Assembly: GCA_964187785.1 (NCBI GenBank)
Contig: OZ076409.1
Span: forward strand, 66,466,001 to 66,530,000
Length of the DNA stretch: 64,000 bases
Reading direction: 5' to 3'
DNA from: Amphiscolops sp. MND2022
Taxonomy: Eukaryota
Shown here piece by piece: positions 13,558-26,500 of the stretch. A program made the position numbers and the translations under genes. The notes beneath the pieces were generated by a model that was not told the DNA's origin, ran no database searches, and worked only from the letters and a program-made list of their open reading frames with translations. The number at the start of each line of letters is the position of its first letter. Position 1 is the first letter of the stretch.

Positions 13558-14699
13558 CTCCCCGGGGTGGGATTTGGATTGAGAATGCAGGGGCCAAATG
13601 TGCAGAGGATGGTTGTCTCGGCGTTGGCTTCGACTGCTTCCTTCGTTTAGTTGGGGAGAAAATGACCTTCGTTAGTTCTGAATTGGCATGTCCTTCGTTT
13701 ATTCTGTCCTATGCAAACCTTCTCTGAGAAGAGGACTTTCGGCAATCGTCATGTCTGGTTTCAATCTGGGTGATTTCGGTTAAATTTTCTCGACGCGGCA
13801 ACTCTAGTTCTTGGTCCATCGAATGTCCGCTGACCTGCATTTTATTGGTTGTCATGCTTTTGATGGGAGTTTCGGCTGGTTATTTTCGGTAGAAGTTGAT
13901 TTCTTCGGAGAAAAGTTTCCCTCCAAAACGCCTACACTGAATAAACAATTCGACTAGCTTCATTGACAAATTGGCAGCGAGTCGGAGATGAATGAACGAT
14001 GAATTGTTTTTACGGCGAGACATCGATGTTGATTTAGCAGACGAATGGCGTCGTTGCTCTACTATCAGCTTCCGCGATAAGAAAGAGATGACTCGTTGTC
14101 ATAGTAACCGTTGAAGCTACTTCCGCTGTCTGAAATCTCAGCGATCAGAAAGAGATGGCCTGTTGCCATAGCAATCACTGCTAAATCTGATTGGCTGAAA
14201 ACTGAATTTTCTGAACTTAAAGAAATCCAACCGATTGTCAACAAATATTCTCATCCTTGAATCATCTTCCGTCAAGTCGGTTTTGAAAATCGCCACGATT
14301 TCCTTTGCGCGTTTCCGCTCAACTTCATCGGTATTGATCTGAGACTGGCAGCTGTCATCAAAATCAAATACTTGAAGTTTTTGTAGTCAAATTCTGGGGG
14401 GTGATTCATTTTCAGAGAAAATTGTCAAGTTGGTTGAACTAGGAAGAAAAGTGTAGGCAGTCATTGAAATCGGAGAGTTTTTCATCGATTTTCCATCTTC
14501 TGAATTCCAAGTATTTGGTTTGTCCTGGCATTCAAGCTGTATCCGCGCTCTTTGAAATTTTCCGCGAATTTGTATCTCGCAATCATGGTTGATCAGGCCA
14601 TTTAATTACTGATCAAATTCTTGTCCTCAGATTCTTCGATTTCGTTCCTTTCCGCACTCTCTTCCGTTCCTTTTCAGATTGTTTTGCAAAACTACAGTG

Positions 14700-16169
14700 A
14701 TGTCTGACATCCAATTTGTTCATTCTCTTCCAGAGACCGAAGCTACAGAAAGTAAGTTTACCATTTTCTTTTCTTTCACAAACGGGTCAGGGAACAATTA
14801 GGTGCTGAAAACGCGTCTTGGCTTTTTAGCGGACTCGGTTCAATCTGTCGGCGTCGTCTCTGAGCTGACTACTTTGCAGACCGTGCCGCCTCAAGAGGCT
14901 CCCGAAGCTCAAGCAGCAGCTCCTGAACCTCAGTTTCAACTTGATCACCCGTTTGGTCAGGCTCCCAATGTCCCGTATCTTCCGCAGTGTAAGTTCTGTC
15001 CCTCCAGATCTTCAATTCAGTCCACAATCTCTTCATTCCTCATCTCTGGTCCCTTCAGATGTTGACTCTTTCCGTTTGATGTTTAGATCATTATCCTTGG
15101 CATGCTTCCCTCGGTAGCATCACCTTCGAGTGGTATGATCGCCACATGCGGGACATGCTACGAGATAGCATCCAGCAGTATAGTGAGTTGACTCCTTTTC
15201 ACATTTCCGTCTGTACTAAGGTATCGTCCGGACACTCCGATGTAATTCCGATGTAAACATCTCATCTGCATGTAGTGCCCTTCACGGTCGATTACCTATA
15301 AAATTCATTTTTGAAGATGAATCTGGGATGCGTCATGGACATTCACTGTCCTTCGTGGCTAATCCGTTTGCGAATTCCATTTTTGAGGGTGAAATTTTGG
15401 TGACTTCGTTTCCCGTTTTCTTTCTTCGCGCGGTGTACGCGCACTCTCTTCATCATCTGTCGTCGTCTGATTTTTTGTTTTTCTTCTTTCAGGTCCGACT
15501 CCTATCCACGCCCCAAGGCCTCTCCCTATCACGTACTCCGTGGGTATAGGAACGAGCAACTTTGGTGCATCACAGGTTGATGCTGCTACTCAAGGAGGGC
15601 CTTCTTCCCTGGAGATGTCCTCGTTCCTCCAGGACTTGTCTCTGGGTGCGATCAGCTCCCCAGTGGCACGTGCCCCAGTGTCGGTGCTCTCGCCGAGCTT
15701 TCAGCGATTTCTGGACCGCGAATCAGCAATTGAAAGTCCTTCTCCTCCTGTTCGCGTCACCGTAGAGGCAGGAGTCAGTGCCGTCGTCACTCCTGTGGAT
15801 GTGGCAGTCGATGCCTGCGTGGCTGTTGTTGACCAGTCCGTTCAGGCCGTTGTGGAAACTGGCGAGACTTCCACGGATTATGATCCTCCTGTGGAACCTC
15901 TTTCAGCTGCTCCCTCTCCGCCAGCTAGTAGTGTCCCTGAAACTGTGGAGGCTGACGTTGGGCAGTCTGACGTGCCATCAACCGACAGCACTGATACCCT
16001 TCTAGAAGCAGTCGAGGATGTCCCTGCTGGTGATCCTCTGTCCGCTGAGCTGCTCCAGAAGGTGCTGTTCCCGGTCTGGTTCCTGTGTCTGCTGAGACGT
16101 CTCCCATGGGACCCAGTCTCGTGGACTCCGACGACGAGCCCATTGCGTCTCGCTTGCCAGGTTACCTAA
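14700..16169 (+). CDS. Antisense spliced accessory gene A in the Gypsy element (low-complexity Pro/Ser/acidic protein)
   Basis: Exons 14700-14751, 14830-14988, 15087-15182 and 15493-16169 are joined by GT(A/G)AGT...AG phase-1 introns that keep the frame. A probable frameshift near 16050 suggests it may originally have continued into gene B. Confidence 0.6.
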
Positions 16170-16757
16170 ACAGCTTTAACCCTGTGAAGTATCTGATCGG
16201 TAGCTTTTTTTCATTTCTTCTTTCATTTCCACTTTCACCAGTGTTTTTCACGTCTTTCTTCTTTTCCATCTATTTTCCATCGTTTTTCTATTTTTCTATA
16301 TGATTTTCTGCAGTTTTTCATTTTCCATCACTTTCTCATCGCCAAAAGTCTTGAGTATAGCGTTTTTTCTTTTCTGATCATTTTTTATAACTTTCCATCT
16401 CTTTTACATCCTTAAATTTTCTCGTTCGGTTTTTAGTTACTCTATCGTTTTCTTTTCAGTTTACATCTCTTTTTCATCGAAAAGTTATTTTCGCTTTAAA
16501 ATATCTCAATTTTGGTTCAAAGTCGTTCTATACATCTCTTTTTCATCGTTCGGGGCTTCCGTCTTTTAAAGTTTCAATTTTCTGTCCTGGTGGCTTGCAA
16601 ACACATCTCTTTTTCATCTTTTCGTTTTTTCGTCGTTTCTCGCTTATATTTCCAATGAAAATATTATTTTACATCATGTTTTCATCACTCCGGGTGAGGT
16701 TTTTTTTGAAATGTTCGGTTGAATTTCTATTTTTCGGTATTCTAGGATGTGTAGAGG

Positions 16758-19469
16758 ATGGAGTTAACAATTTTCGTTATTCTTTTGATATCAGGAAGGA
16801 AAATTCTCAAGTCAGCGTGGTTTGACCACGCTTATTGTGGATTGGCGCTCGGTTTCCCGAAGGATCACCTGACGCGCGATTCGTACGCTAGATGTCTACT
16901 CTGCAGGCAAGATGTCAAGATCGGTAGCCGCGGTATAACAACCTTCTTTGAACACTGCCGGGGAGTCAGACACCACCGGCTGGACTGTCTGACGCGATTG
17001 CGAAGGGGCCTACCGCTGCGCAGACGAGATGGGACACTGATGTCCCAAGCCGATTCAGACGTATGTGGTGCCGCATTAATTGGTGAGTCAGTGCCGTTGA
17101 TTGAGACCTGTCCAGATGTGACTGTTCTGGAGGCACTGCAGATCGAGGCGAGTGATGGTTCAGTGTGGGGCACAAGGCGAGTCTCAGAGGATGTCGACCA
17201 CATTGACAGTTTTCGGTTGTTCGTGTGTCTAGTGATTGATGCGGTCTATCGGGACTGTAATTTCGCAAGTGTGGGACATCTTTGGGACCTGATGGTTGCC
17301 TCCAATTCGCAGCATGCTATCATGTTTGGCGCGACTTGTCGAGAATCCGACGTTCTGGTTATTATGAATCTTTTCCGGATGCATGAAATAATTACATGTT
17401 GCATGTATTGTTATTTGTATGGTACATGTGAAACTTCCGAAAATTTTGGAGTATTTGTATGAAAAATTCCTTTTTTTTATTTTTTTTTAAAAAACTCCAA
17501 GGTTGGGGTGTGTGTTAAGTGAGTGGTGAGTAGGTAACTATATGAGAAAGTAAGACGATGATTGTAGGATGAATGTATGGTCTTGTTTTAGAGCGTTGTT
17601 CTTGTTGGGCTCTGGCCGTTTGTGATTGGTTCGTGGTCCGAAACAGAATACAGCAGTTTCGGTGTCACATTAGTGGCGGACAGAGTGGTGGGCACTCTGA
17701 ATGTATGTACCTCGGAAGGGCCTGCGAACTATGTGGTCTTTTCATTTGTTTATGGACAAGAGTGGGAGCAGCGAGTGGTCTCGTGGGCTGTCAATATGGT
17801 GTGTTGCGCTGTGGGGCAATTGGCACCTGTTGGCCTCAATTGTCGACTGTTGTCTGGGCTGGAAAGGGTGTTAGTCAGCCGCTCTGGACCAAGGACAGTC
17901 TCACTTGTGTCGTTAAAACTTACCGAGCTAAACAAGCGTCTGGTGGATGCGAGCATTCGTGTGATGGGCGGGAAAGATGTACATACGATATTGAACCATT
18001 TGCAATCAAGGCTAAAAGAATTCGTCCGGGACCCAATCTTTTTAGCTTGTCCAAAGCTCTTGCAGGTAACTATCTGCTATTTTTCGATTATTTTTCACTG
18101 ATGTTGATGTGTCAATTTTTGGGGGTGATGCTTTTCGTGGTTGTATCGTGTGTAATTTGGGAATTTTTTATTTTTATAAATTCTTGTTTGTTATAGTCCG
18201 TGTTAGACGGAGAGGTAACCCTCTGGGACGTACCGGACGTGTTGGCTGAGTTGTCCGAGAATTGGGCAGAGGTCTCGAATCTGTTGAGAGTGCCTAGTGG
18301 ATCCGGCATCATTGAGTCTTTGGACTTTGTGCTGTGTGGGGATCGTGCTATCCCTTTCCGTTTGCAGGCCTTAGCTAGTGTCTTTCGTGCACGTATGTAT
18401 GTTTTTTGTTTTCTTGGTCCATGTCGTTTCGTTATTTACAGTGTCTTAATTTAATAAAAGATATTTGGTTCGGGAATCGAGTAGAGAGCGTGTGACTTGA
18501 CTATGGTTTTTTTTGCATTAATTTTTGTTGTTTTCAGTCGTCGATTCGTATCGCTGGAGCTTCAGCAGTTGTCCATTGAGGAGTTTTCATTGGGCGTACG
18601 AGAGTGCGTGTTTTGTGCACGCAATCTTAGTCAAGCTGATAGACGACGATGACCTGCCTAGTGTGACTGAGGTGAGGGCTTGCTTGGAAGTGGACGTGGA
18701 CAATTTGACTGTGTCAGATGCCAAGTTGCGAGCCATGAGGGATGAATTCGGTCCCTACTTAGGGCAAGTTGCAGAAGCTGCCGTAATTGATGAACACTTG
18801 GCGATGGTGCAAAGCTTCATGTTTGTAGTGGTTGAAGAAATTCTAGCTGCTTCCGGGATGAAAGAAGAGGTGACGTATCATTTGAGTGTGGGTTGTCCTG
18901 CTCTTTTGTTGCGTGGTGAAATTGACGTTTTACGAAATGAAGCTGAACAATTTACTGGATTGCTCATGGATCTGAGGAGGATAGGACTCGCTGAGAAGAG
19001 ACGAATGGATGGGAGCTTCGTCTCATTCGTGACCAACTTCAGGCAGAATGCAGTTGATTTGTCCGTAGGCAGTGCAAGTTCAGCAGTGGACATTTTGCGG
19101 GCATGTGAGAGTTCATCGTGTCAACGCTTCTTCCGTTTCTTGATGTGTCTGGGTGAGACTCCTGTATTCCCAGCAGGTATCAGTTGCGTCAGCGTGGGAG
19201 GGTTGAGCAGTGATGTTACGACAAGTGTGTGCTCAAGTATTCTAAGTTATTTGAGGACGCATTCCATCAGACAGTTCGAAACTGTGAGTGGGCCGTTACT
19301 TGAGGAGGTTACGGAGTCAATTGGTCATTTCACAGCTTTAGCAGATTTGACAGAAGAGATGCTGTGGGATGATGTAGGAGTGGTCGCTGATGAAGAATAC
19401 CGTCAGTCGTTGTACGATGCGATCGGATTTACAGCTGCTGGAGAGCGCGCAGCTAGCCCTGAGGTTTAG
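16758..19469 (+). CDS. Antisense spliced accessory gene B in the Gypsy element: N-terminal BED/C2H2-like zinc finger plus unknown domain (~730 aa)
   Basis: Exons 16758-17357, 17592-18065, 18197-18392 and 18538-19469 are joined by GT-AG introns (phases 0, 0, 1) that link the four ORF-track frames exactly; ARCLLCRQDVKIGSRGITTFFEHCRGVRH zinc-finger motif. Confidence 0.75.
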
Positions 19470-22342
19470 AATTGACTTTCTGTTTATTATTATTTTTTGA
19501 AACTGTTTGTATCTTTCATGTTATTTTATATTACTGTATGTTATAGTATTGTATCTAGCAAATGGGTGACCAATTTGTATGTCGCCTTAAGTGACATGAG
19601 AGAGGGAAAAAAACGCGCTGCGTCGGAAAAATCGGCAGTGTACTATGTACAAGTTAAATATTTGGCACCCGAAATTGTTTTTCTCTTGAGTTAATAGTGA
19701 GTGGGAATGCAGGTAGAATTCAGTTAGGTTCACACTAGTTAAGTTCATTTGGTAGGTTGCGTCAATCGGCGGCTCTGTTTTTCATTGGTCATCGCTTCCC
19801 TATCATTTTTCAGTTGATAGAAATTGTAAGAGACTTTTGTCACGTTGTTCATCGTTATTACATCTCGTGTAAGTGTAGTTAGATTATCAGTGTCTCGTTG
19901 TGATTTTTCATCTCATTTTCATCACGTTTTCCTCAGTCGGCCGAGCGACGTCGCGAAAACTGTTTCCTCATCTTTTTTACATCGTTCGTTATATGTGAAT
20001 CAGTGCATGTTGTTACATGTGGTTTTTCTACATAGATCATCGTTTTTTCATCTGTCGTTTTCATTTTAACATTTTGGCTAGTTTTTTGCTGTATTTCATC
20101 GTTTTTGCATCGCAAGTTTTGGCTTGTCGGATTTTGCTCATTTTGCTGCATAGTTCATCTTCTTTTCATCGTAATTTTGGAAAATATTTATCTTGCGTGT
20201 TTTTCGTGTTTATTTTACTATAACGTAATCGAGAGTTGCATTTTTCATGGTAGATGAGGGTATTTTATCAATTTTGCGGTAATTTGGGAGTGTTTTCTTC
20301 ATGTATTTTAGTGTCATATGGTGTTGATCGTTTGTTAGGTTGTCGAAATTGCATGAAATTTAGTGTACATGTGTTATACTCATTTTCGTTGCGTTTCGGA
20401 TTTGTCAAAGTTTGAACATCATTGCATGAATCATTTTTTCGGACTCTTGTGACCGCCAATAGCGTGGCAGTCGAAGAGATGTTCACTCAGCAATGGTATT
20501 GGTACCCCGTAGGCGTGCAAGGTTCTTGAGGTACCAATCTAGAGCTGGGTGAGTGGAGCTGCTCCGCTCCTTTCAGATGAATGAATTCTCTCAGTTTTGA
20601 GCTATATATAGACTTCATGTTAATTTTTACGTGTCGGTTGTTTGTCATCAGACGTCGAAATGGTTTTGTCCATTTGACGTTTAATCTGATCAATCAAGGT
20701 GATTGACATCTATGGCTTTGCATGTTTCGAATTATTAAATTTTGTGATATTGTGTGGTTTCATGTTCGCGTGTTTTCATAATGTATTCCTTTAAATGGGT
20801 TGCCCCATTATCGACATGTTGTTATATGTTCGGTGTTAGTTTCAAGTATTTTAATTTGGTGTTTTTATTTTCGTTCATTTGGACAGGGCTTTGTCGTCAC
20901 AAAGCCCCTACAAAACTAACTGAGAATCCACTAGCCGCTGGATAACCAACGCAGCAAGCTTCATCCGAATATGGTTGTGAGCTCCCCGCCTCAACTAACC
21001 AGCACTCTTTTCAGAGAAATGCCAGCCAGCACGAAGGAATGTTTTGGCTTTTCGATGGGGGTGTTTTGCTTGTTATGAACTGATGTTTACTGGGGGGCTC
21101 ACTCCTTTATTCGTTTTGTGGTTGTTTTGTCAGTTCGTATATTTTGCATGTAAGTTAGTAGGCTTCATGTATTTTCGATTGTTTGTTTCATTTTCATTTT
21201 TCTAGGATTGTATGTCTTTGGTTTGAATTGCATATATTATCTCGTTCATTTTTAAACGGTACATGTATGTTTCCGTGTGTTGCTCATTTGAATTGCATTT
21301 AGTTTGGAGTTGTCAATTTCTTTCGTGACGTCATTGATTTGGCAGGTCTTTGAACCTTACATGTATTGTTCATTTTCGTTTTTGTGAGGCATAATTCTAT
21401 TTGCGTGATTCGAAATTAGTTCGGCGGTTTTTTGTCGTTTCGTGGAGTTACATGTTGTCTGAGAATTAGCTGATTTATTGTGATTTTATGTGGATGGTGT
21501 TTCCCATCACAAGGAGGTTATCGTAAGTCATTTAATATTTTCGAATTTCCATTTAGACTAAATTCATCGTTTTGACATCCTCCAGCGAAGCTAGAGTATC
21601 GTGTCAGGCTAACGATAAATTCGGTCACGATTTGATGGTAGTTTCCATCACAAATTCATCTCATTAATTGTTTTCATGTAAGTTCTGAATAATTGAATCG
21701 AGTTCATCGGTATTTCATCCTCTAGCCGAGCTAGAGTATTATGAAAGCATGAACGTGAGTGCGTTCGCATTCTGATGGCATTTTCCATCTCAAATGCATC
21801 GCTAGTAAATATTGTATGTTGATTGGTCGAATTTTTGACTGAGTTCATCACTTTTTCATCTCTCGTGTGACTGAGATAAATTTTCATGTGATTTCATCCT
21901 TTTTTCATCTCAAAATTTTATGTGTTGTTTTTTCTGGGTTTTTTGGTCGTTTTTCATCCGTTTTACATCGTGTTTTGTTTTTATGCGTTTTTCATGTGAT
22001 TTTTAGTAACTTTTCATCCATTTTACAACTTCATGTTCATTTTAAATTGAAATTGCATGTAATTGATTCGTTTTTGTGAATTGTTCAACTTTAACACATC
22101 GTGTGTTTTGAAATGTTGTTTTACTTGGCTAAATCGTTACGTTTACTTTGTTGGTCTTTCTCAGAGAGTTTCTGGCTGATGTAATCTCATGAATAAGGAA
22201 GTCAGGATATTTTTTCGGTGTAGGGTTCTCGCGTAACCTGTACCTACTCTGATTGTTTCTAGACGGTCTAGAACTCATCCTATCCTCATCTTCAGTTTGC
22301 GTGTTTGTCTGTTGTGACTGATTTTCGTGTTGTTCGTCTCTC

Positions 22343-23515
22343 TTATCCTACTCTCATCGCGGGGGGGGGCGGTAGAATAATTTCCTCTTGCGTTCCAAAT
22401 CTAACTGTAGGTGGTCTAAAGTTGTTGTGGTCAGTTTCTACTTGCTGATATTCTATTCTCGTGGTTATTTCTGGTGGAATTACTTGTGGACTGTGTCGTT
22501 CTTGTACCTGCGGAATTATTTCTTCTGAAGGCTCTTCTTCGACTAAGTCTTGATCTAGATTGTCATTCTCATTCTGATCTACTTCGTCGGTCGTCGGAAA
22601 ATTCGAGTCGAAAATGTCCGTGTCTTCAACCCTTTCAGCGACTGGGTAGAGATGTTTGGACACGTTGATGTCATCAATCGGACATTCCGGTTTGAACAAC
22701 CTCAGTCGCATTCTGTGTACGCACTGAGTCTGGTGTGTGCCTACTTTGCGGATGATGTAGTTGCTATCGGATAGCACTTTCATCACCTTGTACGGTCCTT
22801 TCCAATGGAAAGTTTTAAACTCTTCTTTGCTTGTCTGAGAGTCGTACTTAGGATCTAGTAGGAACACAAATTCATTCACCTTCAGTGGTTGTGCTCGTGC
22901 TTTTCTATCATAGTACATTTCGTACTTGTGATAGGCGGAAATGATGTTATCTAGATTGTCTCTGATGAAGTTCATTTTGTCTAGAATTTCGTTCACGTCC
23001 TTGCACTTTGTTTCAGCCGGCTTGTTTGCGTTTCGGAGTTGCAGATCTAGTGGGTTGTATGGTGTTCTTCCGTGGAAAATTACAGTTGGTGAACATTTCA
23101 GTGAATCATGATACGTTGTGTTATGGGCCATGATTGCTATGTCGACATAGCGGTCCCATTGTGGTCTGTCTGCGTTTACACTAATTTTAAGGATCTTTTT
23201 CAGTTTCGCGTGCGTTCTCTCCACCATGCCTATTGTCTGTGCGTGCTTTATCGTGGCATGGGAGATGTGAATATCAGCCGCTTTCGCGATTTCAGACAGA
23301 AGTTCAGCCGTAAACGCCGTGCCCTTGTCCGTCAGAATGTGCTTGGGCACATACGCGTGTTTCGTGAAGATCGACAGTAATCCTCTGACTACGGAATGTG
23401 TATCAGGTCTCTTCAGCGGAACGGCGAACAGGTAGCGCGAAAAAACGTCAACAGCCGTCAGAATGTGTGTAAAACCGTTCGACGCCGGGAGTGGACCAAC
23501 GATGTCTATTTCCAA
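22343..23515 (-). pseudogene. Gypsy integrase core and C-terminus (frameshifted from pol)
   Basis: IDIVGPLP, VDVFSRY, TDKGTAF, GMVERTH (DDE); WKGPYKV (GPY/F); tail ...RYRLRENP continues to about 22130. Confidence 0.92.
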
Positions 23516-26500
23516 CAGGTCTTCTGGTCCGTCGCACGGGTCGTAGATTTTTGTAACGGTGGACGTAGTTGCGTTTCTTTTACACTTTTAGATTTCATGA
23601 AGTTTTCACAACCGTCAAGGACTTTTTGAACTTTACAGGCTAAGTTAGGAGAGTAATATCTTTTACGAAGTTCGTACACCATTTTCTTTAAACCAGGGTG
23701 TCCTTGTACCGGGCTGTTATTTAGAGTCCTAATTATTTTCAAAATACAGTCTTCAGGAACAACTAACTGCTTGTGAGACTCCAGTCCCGTGTGATCAAAA
23801 AACTGTCTGTACAAGACACCGTTTACAACTTGTAGGCGTTTTCGATTTTTGTGCAACTTTTGAAAAAACTGATCTTGCATATTAACTGGGTGTTGCAAAA
23901 TTTCAGTACCTTCTAAAAATCTAATCATTTTTTGAATAACCCAGTTATTTTTCTGGACCTGAATTAGATCGATCCCCTCAGCGGGGCTAACCTGACTCAT
24001 TACCGGGTGTGATAATGATACTTTACGGATGAACTGCGAGAGTTGAATCGGCTCGTTCACGTCTGTGAGGCGGTACGTCAGATGGTTGTCAGTCGCGAAG
24101 TCATCTGAGGCCGCTGTTCTCTCACAGTTGGTGAACTTCATCCCTTTCCCATCGTCATGAGCCACGTCAGTGCCAGTTGCCAATTTCATCTGTTTGACAT
24201 CCTTCTGGCGTTTGCATCTGAGTGGTTCGCTCGTGGGAAAGTAATCAGGCTCGTCTTCCTCCTGTTTTGGTGTACGGGAGGCGATGTCGATCTCGATTCT
24301 GTGAATTGGAATAGTATCAGTCAATTTTAAATGTACACGGTCTTCAGGTCTAATCTCAAGCCGAGATAAGTAACCCGCTGCGGGATTTTCAACTCCTGGA
24401 ACATGTGCTAATAAAAAATTGAACTGAAGGGTTTGATCGCAAAAGTTCCAAAGTGAAGGCGGGATATGCTTCGCCTGAAAAAATCTAGTCAAGGCCTTAT
24501 TGTCAGTCATAACAATGATGGGTTTTTTTGCACCCCACAAAATGTGGCCAAATTCATCGAAGGCAAAGTGCATAGCTAAAAACTCTTTGGCATACATTGT
24601 TAGAGACATCTGGCCGCCCTGAAATTTCTTGGAGCCAAATGCAACAGGGGCGTATGTTTGTTTGACTGACGGGTCAGCATAATCCTCAATTAACAAAACA
24701 TAGCCGGCAGCGTGTTCGCTGGCGTCACACATGATTACCAATTGTTTATCAGGTAATGGCAATTCCAGAAACACTTTTGTTGCTTTTAACAAACTTTCAT
24801 TGATTTCAAAAATAGCATCTTTATGTTGTTGGTTCAGCTTGAAAGGGACGTCCTTCTTGATCAACTCCTGTAAACAACAAGTTTTATCAGCTAGGCGGGG
24901 AATATAAGACCTGTAAAAGTATACAAAACCAAGATAACGTTGCAACGCTTTCACTGAATTGGGGGGTTTCAACTTGGTTAAGTAATCTGTTACGCGTTTT
25001 TCAATGGGAGCAATACCGGTGCTAGAAATGGTTTTTCCCAAGTACTCAATTTGTTTTTGTCCAAATTCACATTTACTCATGCTAAGTTTAAGACCAGCTT
25101 TGTTCAACTGCTGAAAAATAAGTTCAAGGTTATTGATCAGTTCGTCAGGGGTGTGTGCTGCAATTCCAATGTCATCAACATATTGAGCACACCGGTCCGC
25201 TTTGACCAAGGGGTCCAAATTCTCACGGACTACACTTGTGAATGCTGACAAAGAACGATTAAGACCCTGTGCTAGACGTAAAAAGGCAAAAGTTCTAGAA
25301 CCAAAATTAAACGATAACAGTTGGACAGACTGCTCATCGGCCATTGGGATGCAATGGTAGGCCTGGGAACAATCAAGTTTACAGAAATACTTTTTCCCGG
25401 CCATGTGTTGGGCAGCGTCAGCAATTGTTGTTACGGGATGGTTGTGTTCACCGTAATCGTTTTTGATCAAGTGGTTTATTCTTCTCAAGTCAACTAAAAT
25501 CCTCAATTTACCATTAGGTTTACGTTGAGCAAATATCGGAGATGAGTATTTGCTGTGAGGCAAAGTAGTTATGATCCCGTACTCTTGCATTAAAGCTAAC
25601 TCTACGAGCAAATCGTCCTTCAAATTTGTCGGAGTAGGGAGACTTTGTGAATAAACAGGTTCTTCATGTTGGGGTGTTAGCTTAACTTTAAAATCAGTGT
25701 TCATGCCAATATCAAAACGATGTCTAGCAAAAATGGAGTTGTACTTTACCAGCAACTCCTCTACCTGTAACCGTTGAGACGGAGTAAGAAGCGAGTCGTC
25801 CCAGTTGAAGTTCTTCAGGAAGTTCATCCGTTGTTCATCGGATTGGGACGGGTCAAGCTTCTCGAGCTCTCGCAGTGCCAGAATCTCATCATAGATTCGT
25901 CGCTCAATTGCGTTGAGTTTGTCTGGCTCACTGCACGTCTCGGGAGTTGGGTACCACTTGGTTGACTTCATTTCAGGGTTCACGAACAGTTGGTTGATCA
26001 CCGCTTTCGCCTCATCTGGGTACTTGGTGATCAGGTTCAAGTGTTCGACTGGCATAGGTGTGATGTTCGCCGCCTGATGTGGTGTCGGTATGCGAAAGTG
26101 TGCCAGAGTGGTGTTGGCATCAAGTGTGAACGTGTGGTTGTTCGGGTTGGTGACCTGGATTGTCGTATTGCCCTCGTCTAGGTCAACCAAAGCTGGGGAA
26201 ACAAGCAAACACGTCTTTCGCATGAATCCAGGTGAGCCCTCAACTGTACCAGTTGTAAGTGAGATGTCCGCGTCACTGTGGACCTGTATCATCACTTGAT
26301 GGAGAGGAGGGATCACTGTTCTAGTACTGGAACACAAATCAATTAAACCAGTTTTGAATCTGTTGTTCTTTTGCTGTCTAACTTGCATGGACATCATGTG
26401 ATTAGGGAAGTGGACAAGGTGGTTTTTTATGTCTAAGTTGACTGAGTACTTTTCAAAGAATGACAATCCAATTAAAATTGTGCCCATTGTTGGAAGGATT

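Noticed and set aside
13558..22340. env gene in the Gypsy 3' region
   Set aside because: No long sense-strand ORF, and no signal peptide, furin site or TM anchor; the coding potential is antisense and spliced.
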